Below are positions 29,653 to 44,880 of a DNA stretch of 64,000 nt, in pieces (within the stretch, counting starts at the first letter, position 1; each line of letters begins with the position of its first letter). Both the position numbers and the translations under genes were made by a program. A model generated the notes under the pieces. That model made no database searches and had not been told where the DNA came from. It saw nothing but the letters and a program-made list of their open reading frames with translations. This DNA comes from the human T2T-CHM13v2.0 reference genome, Homo sapiens, in assembly GCF_009914755.1 (NCBI RefSeq), contig NC_060928.1; one strand, given 5' to 3'.

Positions 29653-30141
29653 TGTGTTAGTCAGCTATTGCTATGATGATAGTGTATAATAAACAACTCT
29701 AAAAATCTTACTGGCTTACATCAAGCATTTATTTTTTCTCAAGAGTCAGTGGGTCACGGACCTGCGGATTGTATTCATAGCTCTATTTCAATTACAGAGT
29801 TGGGGTTCAGGTCTGCTGTCTGAGTCTCTCATTGTGGAATCAGCAGAGGCATATACTTCTCATGGTGGACTTAGAAACTTAAGAGGCTGAGCCAAGCCAT
29901 AAAGGTATAGGAAAAGCCTCTGCTTGCATCATATTTACTAACATTCCACTGGCCAAAGCAAGTAAAAACCTAAAGCTATAAACTCTGAAGAAAACAGCTC
30001 CAAATTAGGCTGTATACCCAGTCTGCTCTACTAGGAGTCATAGCAAAGCCACACGGCAAAGAGTGTGGCTATATAATTCCCATTATATTCCCATCACAAA
30101 GGGACAGTAAATAGCTGTGAACAATAATTCAATCTATTACA
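29653..30141 (-). mobile_element. MaLR LTR (MLT1I/J-like)
   Basis: TGTGTTAGTCAGCTATTGCT...CATTCCACTGGCCAAAGCAAGT...AATAATTCAATCTATTACA. Confidence 0.75.
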
Positions 30142-31973
30142 GATGCCTTCAATAATAATTGTGAAAATACATACAAATCTGTGTGCCAGGCACTGTTCTA
30201 ATCACTTTATATGTGCAAATAGCTCAGGGTTAATAATGCCTTCTTTGATGGCTTCAAGGATGGATGAAAACATAACATCTCAGATTGATTTTTGCTTAGA
30301 TTTCTAGGGTTACAAAGGAAACTGAAAGTTACATATGCAATAATATGCAAAATGCACTGAAATTTTAAAACTCTATGTTACAGAACCCCTCATTTCAGAG
30401 AGAGTACAAATATTTTGTATTGTTATTTCAGGAATTGTCTGAGAATATTTCAATCATGTTTTTTATCTTCTAAAAGTTATATATGCCTTTGGTATTTATA
30501 TCAAAGAATATCAATCAGTAAATATGTATTGCATTTCTGTGCTCTACTGTGGGGCTTTCTGCTGTCGGGGAACTTAAGAATCAGCCAGGAGGAAAAGGCA
30601 TTTCCATAAGCATGACTTATAATAATTTAAGGCAGTAAATAAATGCAAGTGCCAAATGTCAGTGGTAAGAACCATGGGCGTTCAGGGGAAGAAGGCCTAG
30701 CCCATGCCTTCGCCCTGCGAAAATATTTAAAGTCCTGTGATCAAAGGGTCCACTAACCCCTGGGCTTCTCCCTGTACCTAATCATGTAGCTTATTTCCTG
30801 TCTGAAGGTTTTTTTGTTTTGGACATTCACAAGAAATGTGAATCGTCATACATTGCATCACTTCCAAAAGGCTCCAAAAGTTTTCTAGAGAAACAGGGTA
30901 CAAACCGCCTTACATGTTATTGATTTGGTGAACTTATTTGATGTAACTGATCTTTCTCTTTCTCTATCTTCCATTCTCTATTTTGAGGTACCAAAAAAGA
31001 GTGCAGCCCAGTAAAAGTAGAAGATGCTTGGTCAAAGCTGTGAAACCTATGTCTGCCATACCATCTGCCCCCTTTGAGTTTGGTGTCTTGATATCTTTGT
31101 TTCCCAAGGGTCCCAAGGTGGTTTCTGTTCACATGTGGGGAATGGCAAGAGAATCTGGAAGTTAATTTATTTTCATTGCCCTGGCGTTTTTGCCAATTCC
31201 ATGTCTAAATCAAGGCTGGGTAGAGAGAGGGATATTATGATTCCTGAAACATGAGCACTATGAAAAATTATGTTTGGCCTCAGGTATTTCTCCTTGAATA
31301 ACATCAGAAGGATAAATGCTTTTTTTTTTCATTTTGAATTTTCTCTCATCCAGTTCATTATTGATTTCAAGGTTTTTGTTCAAACACATTATACTTTTCT
31401 TGCTTTTTTTTATTGGTCCTTAACCCATATGGAACACTATGTAATATGGAGGTTAGCCTAAGACCTTAGGATACTTGCAAGTCATAAAACACTTCTGAAG
31501 TGGCTCTGGCTTTATTTGATCCATAAAATAAGATACCTGTCCAAATATTCCCTTACCTTGGAAAATGGGCTACACTGACTGATGTTTCAACTAATTTCTA
31601 TAGTCAAATTTTTGGATTGGAGGTAGTGAAATATGCCCTTAGAAACAGTAATTATGAGTTTATTTATATTCACTTATGTCTACAGAGCAATCCTCATTTT
31701 ATTTAAATTTTGAGACTTGAGAAGAAACACATATGCTCATCTCACTTTGAAACAGTGGATATGAAGTGTGTGGGTTTAATAATCCCTGTATCCACAATCC
31801 TGGTGTTTGCATATTTTTGTGATTTTTATTTACCAGGTTTGCTCATCTACCTCTCTTATGCCTCTGATTCACGTCCTGAAAACCACCGAGAACAGAAACC
31901 CCAAAGAGGAGTTGGGCCTTCACTGACTTTATCTTATACTGCCCTCTGCATACTCTCAGGTTTTTCTTTGCTA

Positions 31974-32192
31974 AAGAAGGGAGGAGGCAGGGAAGGAAGG
32001 AGGCAGGAAGAAAGGAAAGAGGAAAGAAGGAGGGAGAGAGGGAAGACAGAAAGAAGAAATGGAGGAAGGGAGAGAGGGAAGAAGAAAGGAAGAAAGGAGG
32101 GAAGAAGGGAAGGAGAGAGAAAGGAAAGAGGGAAGGAGAGAAAGAATAAAGGAAGGGATGGAGGAAAGGAAGGAAAGAGGGAAAAAGAAAAA
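31974..32192. repeat. Polypurine (GGAA/AAGG-rich) low-complexity tract
   Basis: Direct reading; source of the spurious E/R/K/G-rich ORF. Confidence 0.95.
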
Positions 32193-32734
32193 TGTTTTTA
32201 TCTAATAAAAGAAAATTCCCACAAACCATAAAAATTGATTAATTTGACTTCATCAAAATTAAAACTTCAAAAGACATAATAAATATGGAAAAACAGGGTG
32301 TAGGCTAGAAGGAAATATTTGCAAACACATATCTGATTAAAAACCTAAAGCTATAAACTCTAGAAGAAAACATAAAAAGAAATCTTTGTGACCTTGGGAA
32401 AGGAAAGATTTCTTAGATACTTAATTACAAAAGCACAACTCATAAGACACTAACAAGTTCGGTTTCTGCAAAATTAAGAACTTTTGTTCTTGGAAAAACA
32501 CTGTTAAGAAATGAGCCACAGATTGGGAGAAAATATTTACAAACTACATACTGATAAGAGATTTTTATCTAGAACAAATAAAGAACTCTTTTGTAACTCA
32601 CTAATAAGAAGACAAACAATCCCTTTAAAAATGGGTGAAAGATTTGAACAGACTTTTCACCAAAGAACAGATGTAGATACAAATAACCACATGAAAAGAT
32701 GCAAATGAAATGCATCTTTAAAGAAAATGCAAAC

Positions 32735-33280
<546 letters not shown>

Positions 33281-34091
33281 TTAAAATCACAAGATACCAC
33301 TACATTCCTATCATAATGGCTTTAAAAAATTTTTTAAAAACAGCAAATAAGTGAAAAATCTGGCAACAGCAACCGCTGATGAGACTTCAGAGCAACGTCT
33401 GTAAAATGGTGCAGCCACTTTGGAAAACAGTTTGGCTATTTCTTACAGTCAGACATGCACTTAGAATGTGACCCAGCACTCTCACTTCTAAGTATTTATG
33501 AAACATACATGAAATGAAAACACATGTCTACAACAAATTCTGAGAATATTTATAGCAGCTTTATTTGTAATTATAATTTAAAAAAACTGAAAACAACCCA
33601 AATGTCCATCAGCTCTTAAATGGATATATAAATTGTAGTCTATCCATACCATGAACTACTGATTCCTACAAAAGTATGAGTTACTTTTAAAATATTTATA
33701 AGTTTAAGAAACCAGATTCAAAAGTTTGCATCCTATATGATGTAATTTATATGACATTCTGGAAAAGACAAAATTAGAGGGAAAGAAAAGAGATCAGTGA
33801 TTGCCAGGCATTTGATTGACAGCAGAGAGGATGTTGATTACAGAGGGGTTCAAGGGGACTTTTTGGGGTGATGGGATATCTATACATTAATTGTGTTTCA
33901 CATGTTTGTCAAATGTATAGGGTTATATACTAAAAAGTGTATTTTTCTGTATATTCAGAATATACCTTAATAAACCTGATTTTAAAATAATCATTGAACA
34001 TTACCAGAACATTACTAGATGCATTTACAATTTGAAACAGCAAGATAACCAAATTGTGTTCAGTTTAGAGAGTTTAGAAAACATATAACAG

Positions 34092-34230
34092 AGCCAGGTG
34101 TGGTGACCTATTATCCCAGCTACTTGGGAGGCTGAGACGGATGGATTGCTTGAGCCCAGGAGTTCGAGGACAGCCTGAGCAACATAGTGAGACCTTCATC
34201 TCTAAAAATAAAAAAGAAATAAATAAAAAG
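34092..34230 (+). mobile_element. Alu monomer (FLAM-like)
   Basis: Single monomer GAGCCCAGGAGTTCGAG...AACATAGTGAGACC with A-rich tail. Confidence 0.85.
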
Positions 34231-34290
34231 AGAAAACCTTAATCATCCCATAATTACAGTACCCACAGATGGCCAATGTTAACAACTTGA

Positions 34291-34881
<591 letters not shown>

Positions 34882-34894
34882 TTGATGCAATACA

Positions 34895-35235
34895 TTTTTT
34901 AAATATAAAGCTTGCTTTGACTTCCTAACATCTTATATAAATGTTCTCCTACACCAATATTTTCCATGGTCTCGTGGAATTCTGTCGTGCAAATGTACCA
35001 CAGATTATTTAAATAATCCTCTATTGTTGGACATTTAGTTTATATATAATTTGTCACTTTCAAATTAATGTTTCAATAAGCATTATTATATACATATCCA
35101 TGAATAACCATGATTTTTTTCTTTAGGATAAATTGCTAAGAATGACACTGCTGGCTCAAAGGAAAGGTACATTTTTAGGGATATTTACATAGATATTGTC
35201 AAATTGCCCTACTGAGAGTTTGCACCAATTTATCT
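34895..35235 (-). mobile_element. Old L1 (L1ME-like) fragment
   Basis: CTATTGTTGGACATTTAG...TTAGGATAAATTGCTAAGAATG...ATATTGTCAAATTGCCCT...TGCACCAATTTA. Confidence 0.65.
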
Positions 35236-36315
35236 AAGTTCATTTTTAAGCTCTCTTTATTTTATCCATAATTTACAACCTTCCTTCTAAATTCATCTGG
35301 ACCCTTCTTAATAGAAAAATTCTAGCCAAGAAACAAAGCATAGAGGACTTTATGAAGGGCTACATGTAGCGGCAGGGATCAAGAATCATATAATAATAGA
35401 TCTCAGCCTTCTCCTTCTGCCCCTCTGCCTTCTTCATTTCCTGTGTGTTGGAGCTTACTTTTTTCCCCATGAAATAGACTTAATTAATTAATTAATTATT
35501 TTCACAAATAATTTCAGTTCAGTTACCAAGCTAAGAGAACTGAAATTCAATGAAAAAAAAAATCAACCTCACATTTAATTTAGCATACCAACTTAATGTG
35601 CAATTTCTGATCAACATTTTGTGCATCAAAAACGCTTTGTCAAGACCCATTCCTCATTTCTAGGACTTTTTAGAGATTTAGGACCCCAGGTTTGGGCTCG
35701 AGGATCTAATGAAAATTGCCTTTGACCAGGAGGAAAGGCCCCAGGTTCTAGAGATGACCTCCTCACTGGCTGGTTCTGAGCCCTCGATCATATCATTTCT
35801 CCTTTCTGCGGTCTCATGTGGGTACTAATTACAACTAGTGAAGTACAGAGTTGTCTCTCCTTCCTGTTGTTATGAGGATAAAATTAGACGATGCTTCCAG
35901 TCGCATTTCAAGAGCATCAGTGGTGATCTGAGCATGCACATGTATCTTTACTATCTTTTATTCTTGTTATGGTGACCCTGGGGACCATTCCTGACAGGAC
36001 TAGCTTCAGGTGCTCGAGCATCCTCAATTCCACCCCCACGTAGAGGTGAGCGAGGTCATTCCTTCTCTCGCTGGGCATCAGGTCGTACCTGGGTGCTGTG
36101 GGGTGGTGTTCTCAGGGAGGTCCTTTCTGACCAGCCTCTGAGATATGGTACTTCGATTGCCATTTTTAAAATTTCTGCAGAGTTTGGTCTTTATCCTTGA
36201 GTTAACAAAAAGCTGTTCTGATCACATTTAGGGAAATTGGGGCAGCAACAAGGTCAGATCCACATTTTAGAAACAATGCTGGTGACAGTATGGGGAAGAA
36301 TCAGAGGGCTGCCCA

Positions 36316-36868
36316 TGTTACCAGAAAGGGGTCCCGATTCAGACCCCAAGAGGGGCCTCTTGGATCTTGTGCAAGAAAGAATTCAGAGTGAGCCCATAGA
36401 GTAAAGTGAAAGCAAGTTTATTAAGAAAGTAAAAGAATAAAAGAATGGCTACTCTATAGACAGAGCAGCCCCAAGGGCTACTGGTTGCCCGTTTTTATGG
36501 TTATTTCTTGATGATATGCTAAACAGGGGGTGGATTATTCATGCCTCCCCTTTTTAGACCATATAGAGTAACTTCCTGACGTTGCCATGGCGTTTGTAAA
36601 CTGTCATGGTGCTGATGGGGGTGTAGCAGTGAGGACCACCAGAGGTCACTCTCATGGCCTTCTTGGTTTTGGTGGGCTTTGGCTGGCTTCTGTACTGTAA
36701 ACTGTTTTATCAGCAAGGTCATTATGACCTGTATCTTGGGCCGACCTCCCATCTCATTCTGTGACTTAGAATGCGGAGCTGTCTGGGAATGCAGCCCAGT
36801 AGGTCTCAGCCTCATTTGACCTAGACCCTATTCAAGGCGGAGTTGCCCTGGTTCACATGCCTCTGACA
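36316..36868 (-). mobile_element. MER41A solo LTR (ERV1)
   Basis: 553 bp TGTTACCAGAAAGGGGTCCCGATTCAGACCCCAAGAG...GGTTCACATGCCTCTGACA; 4-bp TSD CCCA; lacks the GAS-containing segment of MER41B. Confidence 0.9.
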
Positions 36869-36872
36869 CCCA

Positions 36873-37370
36873 TAGTTTACCAGTTTGCTTCCGGCCATGT
36901 CCCCCACCTCTCCTGGCTCTGTCCTGTGTCACAGGAACCACGTTTCCCAGGCTCCCTTACCAACTGGCTTCCAGATGGATGGGCCATTGTAATGCACTGG
37001 CAGAAGCCTAGAGGGGAGGGAGCTGGGGAGAAGCCAGGGTATTCTCATCCCCTCTGCCCTTGGCAGCATCTCCTGCTGCATTTCTTCATTTCCTCTGCCC
37101 AAGAGCCTCTCCCTCCACCATCCCATTTCCTGCCAGGCGGCTCTGGCTGTGGTTCTAGTCCTGGTCAGACAGCCCCAGCCTCTGGGCTCCACTCCTCCCA
37201 GCCCTAGGGGTGGCAGTACTTCCTGCAGATGCTAATCTTTGGATTGCCTAAGGCCCCCTGTTGGCCTCTTAGCTCTTCCATCCCCTGCAAAGCATTTCCC
37301 TGTGTTAAATTCCCTTTCTGGAAACACCTAGAGTGGCTTCTGTTTTCCTAATTGGACTCAGATGGATACA
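36873..37370 (+). mobile_element. ERVL LTR (LTR33/LTR41-type)
   Basis: CACTGGCAGAAG...CAGCCCTAGGGGTGGCAGTACTTCCTGC...GTGGCTTCTGTTTTCCT...GATACA. Confidence 0.65.
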
Positions 37371-37568
37371 GAGGGAAACCATAGCAGATAGCAGTTGGGT
37401 TCGAAAGAATTTATTAAAAGCTAGGGAACAGGCACAGCCTCCTGAGGGAAACAAGCACATAAGTAGACCATGTCCATGTGCTGTTGTAGTAAGTGCACCA
37501 CAGAAGTCTATGAAAGGAGACCAGTGACTGGGACATTGTGATTGCAAGGGTCCAGACAAACCATATTA

Positions 37569-37941
<373 letters not shown>

Positions 37942-38206
37942 TCATCAATTGGATGTGGAACATGAGGGAAAAGAGGAGTGAAAAAAAGACCCTGAGGTAG
38001 TTGGTTTTGCTTTCACCACCTTTAGACACTGAAATTCTCTCCATCCTTCAAAATCCAGTTCAAAAACTACCTCAACCAAGTCTTTTAAAACCCATATCCC
38101 CCAATGGAAATTCTATTTTTCCTGTCTCTGTGCTTTTGCAGCACTTTTTCTCACCACCGTTTTAGTAGCACTTGTCACATTTCTCTCGGATCCTGATAAC
38201 TCATCC

Positions 38207-38445
38207 ATAATAAGAGCTAACACTTACAAAGTGCTTATTATGTGCCAAACAAGTATTAACTTGTTCATCACTTTATTTTCACAACAGCCCTATGAGGTAG
38301 AGATGGTTATTATTCTCTGTTTTACAGATGAGGAAACTGAGGCAAGGAGAGGCTTAAGGATTTGCACAAGGGCACACAGGTAGTGCATGGCACAGCCAGG
38401 AATAAGTGGGTCTTCAGAGTCTATGCTCTTAACCTCTATACCACA
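38207..38445 (-). mobile_element. MIR
   Basis: CACAACAGCCCTATGAGGTAG...TTTTACAGATGAGGAAACTGAGGC. Confidence 0.9.
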
Positions 38446-38544
38446 GAACATTCTATAGTTTTACTGTTTTCCTGCAGAGGGAACATTAAGCCCTCCAGGG
38501 TCTAGTTTTGGACATTAAGAAGCAGATATTAACTCATTTCCGTT

Positions 38545-38890
38545 TCTTTAACACTCCAGGCCTTTGCACATGCTGTTCCCTTAGCTGAAAACACTGTTCT
38601 CTGCCATTGCACAGTGGCTTCCTTTCATTCTTCAGTTTGGGTTTAAGTGCTACCTCCTGAGCCAGATCCATCCTGCCCATCCTGATGAATCCAACCCCTC
38701 TCCCCCATCGTGTTGTTCTCGAGCACTGAACCCTGTTGATGTATGTATTTGTTTGTTTGCTTACGTAGTTTCTGCTTCCCCAGCTAGACCAAAAAGTCCA
38801 AGAAGGCAGAGCACACATCTGTTTTACTCATCACTGTTTGCTTAGGGCATTCAGGGCTCCTAGCACATAGTAGAAGCTCGGTAAATAAGG
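38545..38890 (+). mobile_element. L2 3' region
   Basis: GGCCTTTGCACATGCTGTTCCC...CCTAGCACATAGTAGAAGCTCGGTAAATA. Confidence 0.75.
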
Positions 38891-39585
38891 AGGGATGGTA
38901 TCTTCTCACTGTAGAGCATAAACATGTCCTTACTCTCATACCACTAATTTCTTAAGAAATTATTCTGAGTGTGAATTAGACAAAGAAGCAATCAGCAGAA
39001 GTTAGGAACAGGGAGTTTTCAAAAAGATCCCAAATGTCCTAAAGGTAAGAAAAGAATGATATTAACAAGGTCTTCTCAAAGAGAATAGTTCTGATGAGCC
39101 AATCAACAGAATATATAATTTCCTTTTAAAAATAACTAAGTCTACTTGGCCTGAATTTAGCTTATGTTTTGTTAACACATGTGAGATGAACCCAGCTCGT
39201 ATTTTTGTTTCCCTGAATCGTGGGTGCTTTCTCAAAAACTCCCCCATACCCTCGCTCTTAGTCTCTTGATGAGGTGCTGTGGAAAACCAAGATGTCAAGG
39301 TATGGTACAATCGGTGAATTTAATGGTTATTCACGAAGCCTCTGGTTTTAACATTTGTTTGATTGCAAATATAAATATTGCAATTTTGAGATTAATGTTA
39401 TGCTGTTTAACCAGAAAGGTACTCATCCCAATAAAATCCAGTAATTAGGGCAGTACGTTTTCTTAGTTATAAAATCAGTATACACAGGCCCTGACTTGGT
39501 TCATAGATTATTGCATGTATTAGGGAATCAGTTAAATACCAAAACTACAAGATACCTACAGCTTTTGAATTTTAGCTGAAGAACT

Positions 39586-39898
39586 TTATTATTTTATTTT
39601 ATTTTATTTTTGTTTTGAGACGGAGTCTCGCTCAGTCGCCCAGGCTGTAGTGCTGTGGCACGATCTGAGCTCACTGCAAGCTCCGCCTCCCGGGTTCACG
39701 CCATTCTCCTGCCTCAGCCTCCCGAGTCGCTGGGACTACAGGCACCCGCCACTACGCCCGGCTAATTTTTTTGTATTTTTAGTAGAGACGGAGTTTCATT
39801 GTGTTAGCCAGGATGGTCTCGATCTCCTGACCTTGCGATCCGCCCGCCTCAGCCTCCCAAAGTGCTGGGATTACAGGCGTGAGCCACCGTGCCTGGCC
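39586..39898 (-). mobile_element. AluY
   Basis: GCAAGCTCCGCCTCCCGGGTTCACGCCATTCTCC and GTTAGCCAGGATGGTCTCGATCTCC diagnostics; CpG-rich. Confidence 0.95.
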
Positions 39899-40254
39899 TA
39901 TTATTTTAAATAATGCAGTTCTTTTGTATAATATATTCAGCTTTAGGAGCTGTTATCTGACTAATAATAGTACAAAAACTAAAGTAGGAAAAGGAGTTTT
40001 AAAAAAATATTTAATTGGTAAAGAAAAACCTAAGATTTAGGGAAAAGCAGTTTGGTAAGTCTTCCAGGGATCCTCCCTCCTCCCCACGCTCCTCACAAAA
40101 TATATAAATTAATCAGCAATTATTTGGTCAGTAGTGTGATTAGGTCAAAAGATGCTACAGGTGAATTCATATTCATGTTTCTCCAATCCTTGGGAGCCAA
40201 TTTTACACACTGGCAAACTGTGGCATAGAAGCAGCTGAGTACTTCAGAATGTCA

Positions 40255-40402
40255 TCATCTTGCTACTCAAAGAGTAATCCTTAGACCAGAAGCTTTTTAG
40301 AAATGTAGAATCATCAGGACCCCAAGACCTGCTGAATCACAATCTACATTTAAACAGGATCCCCAGGTGATTTGGATACTCATGAAAGTTTGAGAAGTGC
40401 TA
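40255..40402. mobile_element. MER5A-like hAT-Charlie MITE
   Basis: TTAGAAATGTAGAATC...GACCTGCTGAATCA...AACAGGATCCCCAGGTGATT...AAAGTTTGAGAAG. Confidence 0.8.
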
Positions 40403-40738
40403 ATGCAGTGAACCATGCTGGAGGTGGGATTTTGATCTTTATCTTTCGGTGCAGAGAGATTGCCACCACCTTGGCTCTTGGCTGAGATGTCACCTTCTCA
40501 GGGAAGCTTCCCATGACTTTATAATTCCTGCAGTTGTCCTTGTCCTGTGATTTCAGAGCACCCCACACTTCCCAGTTATACCAAGTGTCACATTTTACAG
40601 CCACGCAGAGCAGACCATTCAACTGGCAATTAATTACTCAGGATCACACAGTTGTACCCTGGTGCTCAGTGCTCATTGGACAGACCAAAAAGGACCATGC
40701 ATTCAATGGTGTCATCTTGCCAAACACAGTTTCATTGA

Positions 40739-41088
<350 letters not shown>

Positions 41089-41637
41089 TGTACCTGGTTT
41101 TTGAGTGGCATCCACTAAAAGGCTTCTGACAATTTGCTAAATACCCATTTCCCTTTAGAGCCCTAGCCTGCCCTTTATGAGGTCTAGTTGATGAACTTCA
41201 ACAGACAGTAATAACCACACCTCTAGTATCATCCCAATAAAATCCACTAATTAGGGCACTACCTTTCCTATCATTTTCAGCCCATAGGGCCCCACCCAGT
41301 CCCCTAATTACAACAGTCCACAGGGCACAACCCCAGAAACAAACAAGGAAGTCCTTCTCCACCAGCTCTTCCTTAGTTTTCTGCCAGTTTACGGAGTGGC
41401 ACTGTCTTTTATTCCAAAATAAACTGTGTTTGGGTTTGGAAATTAATTGTCACCTCTTTTTAAATGATATTTTGAGGCTCTGCATTTAACAGCATTTGCA
41501 ATTATCAGAGGCTACCTAGGTGAGATTCATGGGCTGTTATAGAGCTAGAGGGGTACAGTCCTTGAGGAAGCAAGGAGTTTGCAAAGAAACTATACTCACA
41601 CACGCACACACATAAATGTTCACAGATGTGTGAATTG

Positions 41638-42028
<391 letters not shown>

Positions 42029-42689
42029 TCAAAACAAAGTGTCAGTTCTTCTCCAGGTGATTTTTAAAGTTTACCTGGGATTAAGGCACCTCAGGACCTA
42101 AGTTAAATTTATTTCCAGTCTCCTTCCCATGTCAGGCTGGTACCTACATAACACTTTCCTGAAGACTGGAAAAAGGGAGTACAAATGATAGCCTAAAAAA
42201 AATAGGGAGTGCCAGCAGATGAATTTTGGGTAAATTTATGCTATCTCAGGGAGCATAGGATCGGGGTCGGGCAGTGGAGATGAAATTGCGGATGAGAGGC
42301 TATTAAAAAGTAGAGAGAAGTTCTTGAATGTAAAAGTTTGGATACAAAATTGGAGTGGCCCTGGGAGACATTATCTATGCAAGTTGTTGAACTATTTTTT
42401 CTAGAAATTCTGTTAGAAAAGAAAGTATTTTTCTAGACTGGCTTAAGTTTAATTCTCTCTAGAGGCAACAGAATGAATTGCATGACCTTTATATGGACAC
42501 TGATTTTTCTTTTTTTCCAATTCTCTGATCCCTACTCCCTGGCACAGGACCTGAAAGGGGCATGATTTCTGTTGGCCTTTCCCTTTTATTCATCATATCC
42601 TTTAAAAGTCACCTTCTCTACAAAGCCTTTACAAACAAACTAGAAATAGATTTCAGAACCCCTTTTTGTCTGAAGGAAGGGAGGAGAAT

Positions 42690-42920
42690 TGACATTTATG
42701 AGTTCTTCCTAAGTGCCAGCTTGGTCTAGTTTCCTTTGTTTATCTTATTTTATGAATTTTCATGAGAATGGTGCTTGTTTTCTACTTACTTGGTATCTTT
42801 CATTTATGCCTATCTTTTCAGGTGAGGAAATTTTAGAAAGATTAAGTAATTTACCCTCTGCTCATGTAGCTATTAATTAACTGCAAACGTAGACAATAAT
42901 CTTTTCCTTTTACCATGCTG
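42690..42920 (-). mobile_element. MIR
   Basis: TTTTCAGGTGAGGAAA...GATTAAGTAATTTACCC. Confidence 0.6.
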
Positions 42921-42926
42921 TTTCTA

Positions 42927-43253
<327 letters not shown>

Positions 43254-44099
43254 TGGAGATTTTTTTGGCATGCACATAGATAGACACACAGACACAAGCA
43301 TGAGCGGACAGACATACAAAAGCTGTTCTCAACACTGAACTACATATAAAGACTTTTACCTTTTAAATTTGTATTAGATATCCAAACTATTTATAATGAC
43401 TATTTTGTGCTGTATATGGTTGGGGTCAAATATTGAGATTATATATTTTCTTTTAATGATATTGTCAATTCCTCAAGGGAAGGGACCACATTTTCATTCA
43501 TTTCCATTCCTCCTCTCACCAGTCCCCAGGCCCTAGCACTTGCATCAGTAGCCATTCAGTACATGTTTCAAAACTGACCAAGGACATGGGACCTGTCTAT
43601 TGAAATTGCTTTTTCACAGTCTTCAAAAATCCTGGCAAGAAAGCCCATGAGAGTGTTTCCCATTTGTAAAGGAGAACCCACTGCAGATGCCTTTCATTAG
43701 ATTGGCATTTGGCATCTGGCATCAAAACTGCTTTTTCAAAAACGAAGTTTTTCCCGACCAGTGTTCCAGCTTAGAATTCTGAATATCCTAAAAGGAACTG
43801 GAAGTCTTTGTCAACAGCTGAGGATATGGCTGGGCTCTTGTGGCTCTGGCCTTGTCAAAGCCCTTTTCAAGGCTGTGAGATCATAATGCATGATGAGTCA
43901 GGACGGGGACTAATGGCCCAGTGACATCAGGCTGAGCCATTGCAGGGATCTAAATATGACACAGACAGTCTATGCCCTGTTTTGCATATCTTACAGGATT
44001 CGAACTGCAAGTGGTAATAAACTAGATTTTAAAACTATTTCCCTTATGTTACCAGGTTAGACTTTTTTGCTATCCCCTCATGGACACTGACTAAAGCAG

Positions 44100-44880
44100 T
44101 GTGTTAGGATCCTGGTGGGAAAATGGGAGTGTATGCTAATGGAGTAATTAAGAAGAGTATTTTAAAAAATATATATATATATATTTTTTTCTTTTTAGAG
44201 ACTGGGATGCTGCTGAGGAGTATAGTAGCTCTCCACAGGGACAGTCCCACCATTGATCAGCACGGGAGTTTTGACTTGCTCCATTTCCAATCTGGGCAGG
44301 TTTATCCATCTTTAGGCAGTGTGGTTGGTGGTCCCCTGTTCCCAGGAGGTTGTTATATTGACGCCGACCATTGGAACATTAGTGTGGACACCTGATCAGC
44401 ATAGTACACTACAGCCCAGATTTCTTGGGTTTAAGCAGTCCTTTTGCCTTGACCTCCCATGTAGTTGGGACTAAAGGTGCATGCATTAAAAAAAAAGTGA
44501 TTAAAAAAGGTATGTAAATTATACTTTTATGGGAATGGGCAGAGTTAAGGGAAACCAACCATGGACAGAGCAGGAACCTGGGGTTAGCAGCACCAGGGCA
44601 CAGGTACCACCCTGGCCTGAAGGGGCAAGAAGAAGGATTGGTTACTGGATCCTAGAGAAAGTAACTGCACACAGAGGGCACTGTGGTCTTGGGGTAGAAA
44701 CAGAAATTCACCTTGAAAGGAAGGAGCTAGGGAAATCAATTCCCTGACCCCACTCTCTATTGGCTGGACACAGAAGCCAGAGGGCAAGTAACTCATGATG
44801 CAGTCCATAGAAGTCAGCCTTTCTGGGCACAGGGAAGTGTGAATTAAGGTGAAGATGAACCTGCTGGTAGATAGAAATGT
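44100..44880 (-). mobile_element. ERVL LTR (LTR33-like), split by the 7SL copy
   Basis: TGGGCAGAGTTAAGGGAAACCAAC...ACCACCCTGGCCTGAAGGGGCAAG...CAGAAGCCAGAGGGCAAG...CAGTCCATAGAAGTCAGCCT. Confidence 0.7.
44185..44486 (-). pseudogene. RN7SL: 7SL (SRP RNA) retropseudogene
   Basis: TGATCAGCACGGGAGTTTTGAC...TGGTCCCCTGTTCCCAGGAGG...ATATTGA...TTAGTGTGGACACCTGATCAGCATAGTACACTACAGCCCAGA is antisense 7SL including the S domain; T/(TA)n tail. Confidence 0.9.

Noticed and set aside
31710-32231. 173-aa and 128-aa ORFs (also 58636-59094)
   Set aside because: Produced by polypurine/polypyrimidine low-complexity tracts.
36316-36868. MER41 as an interferon-inducible STAT1 enhancer
   Set aside because: This copy reads GGATTATTCATGCCTCCCC, lacking the tandem TTCCGGGAA GAS segment of MER41B; it is the MER41A form.
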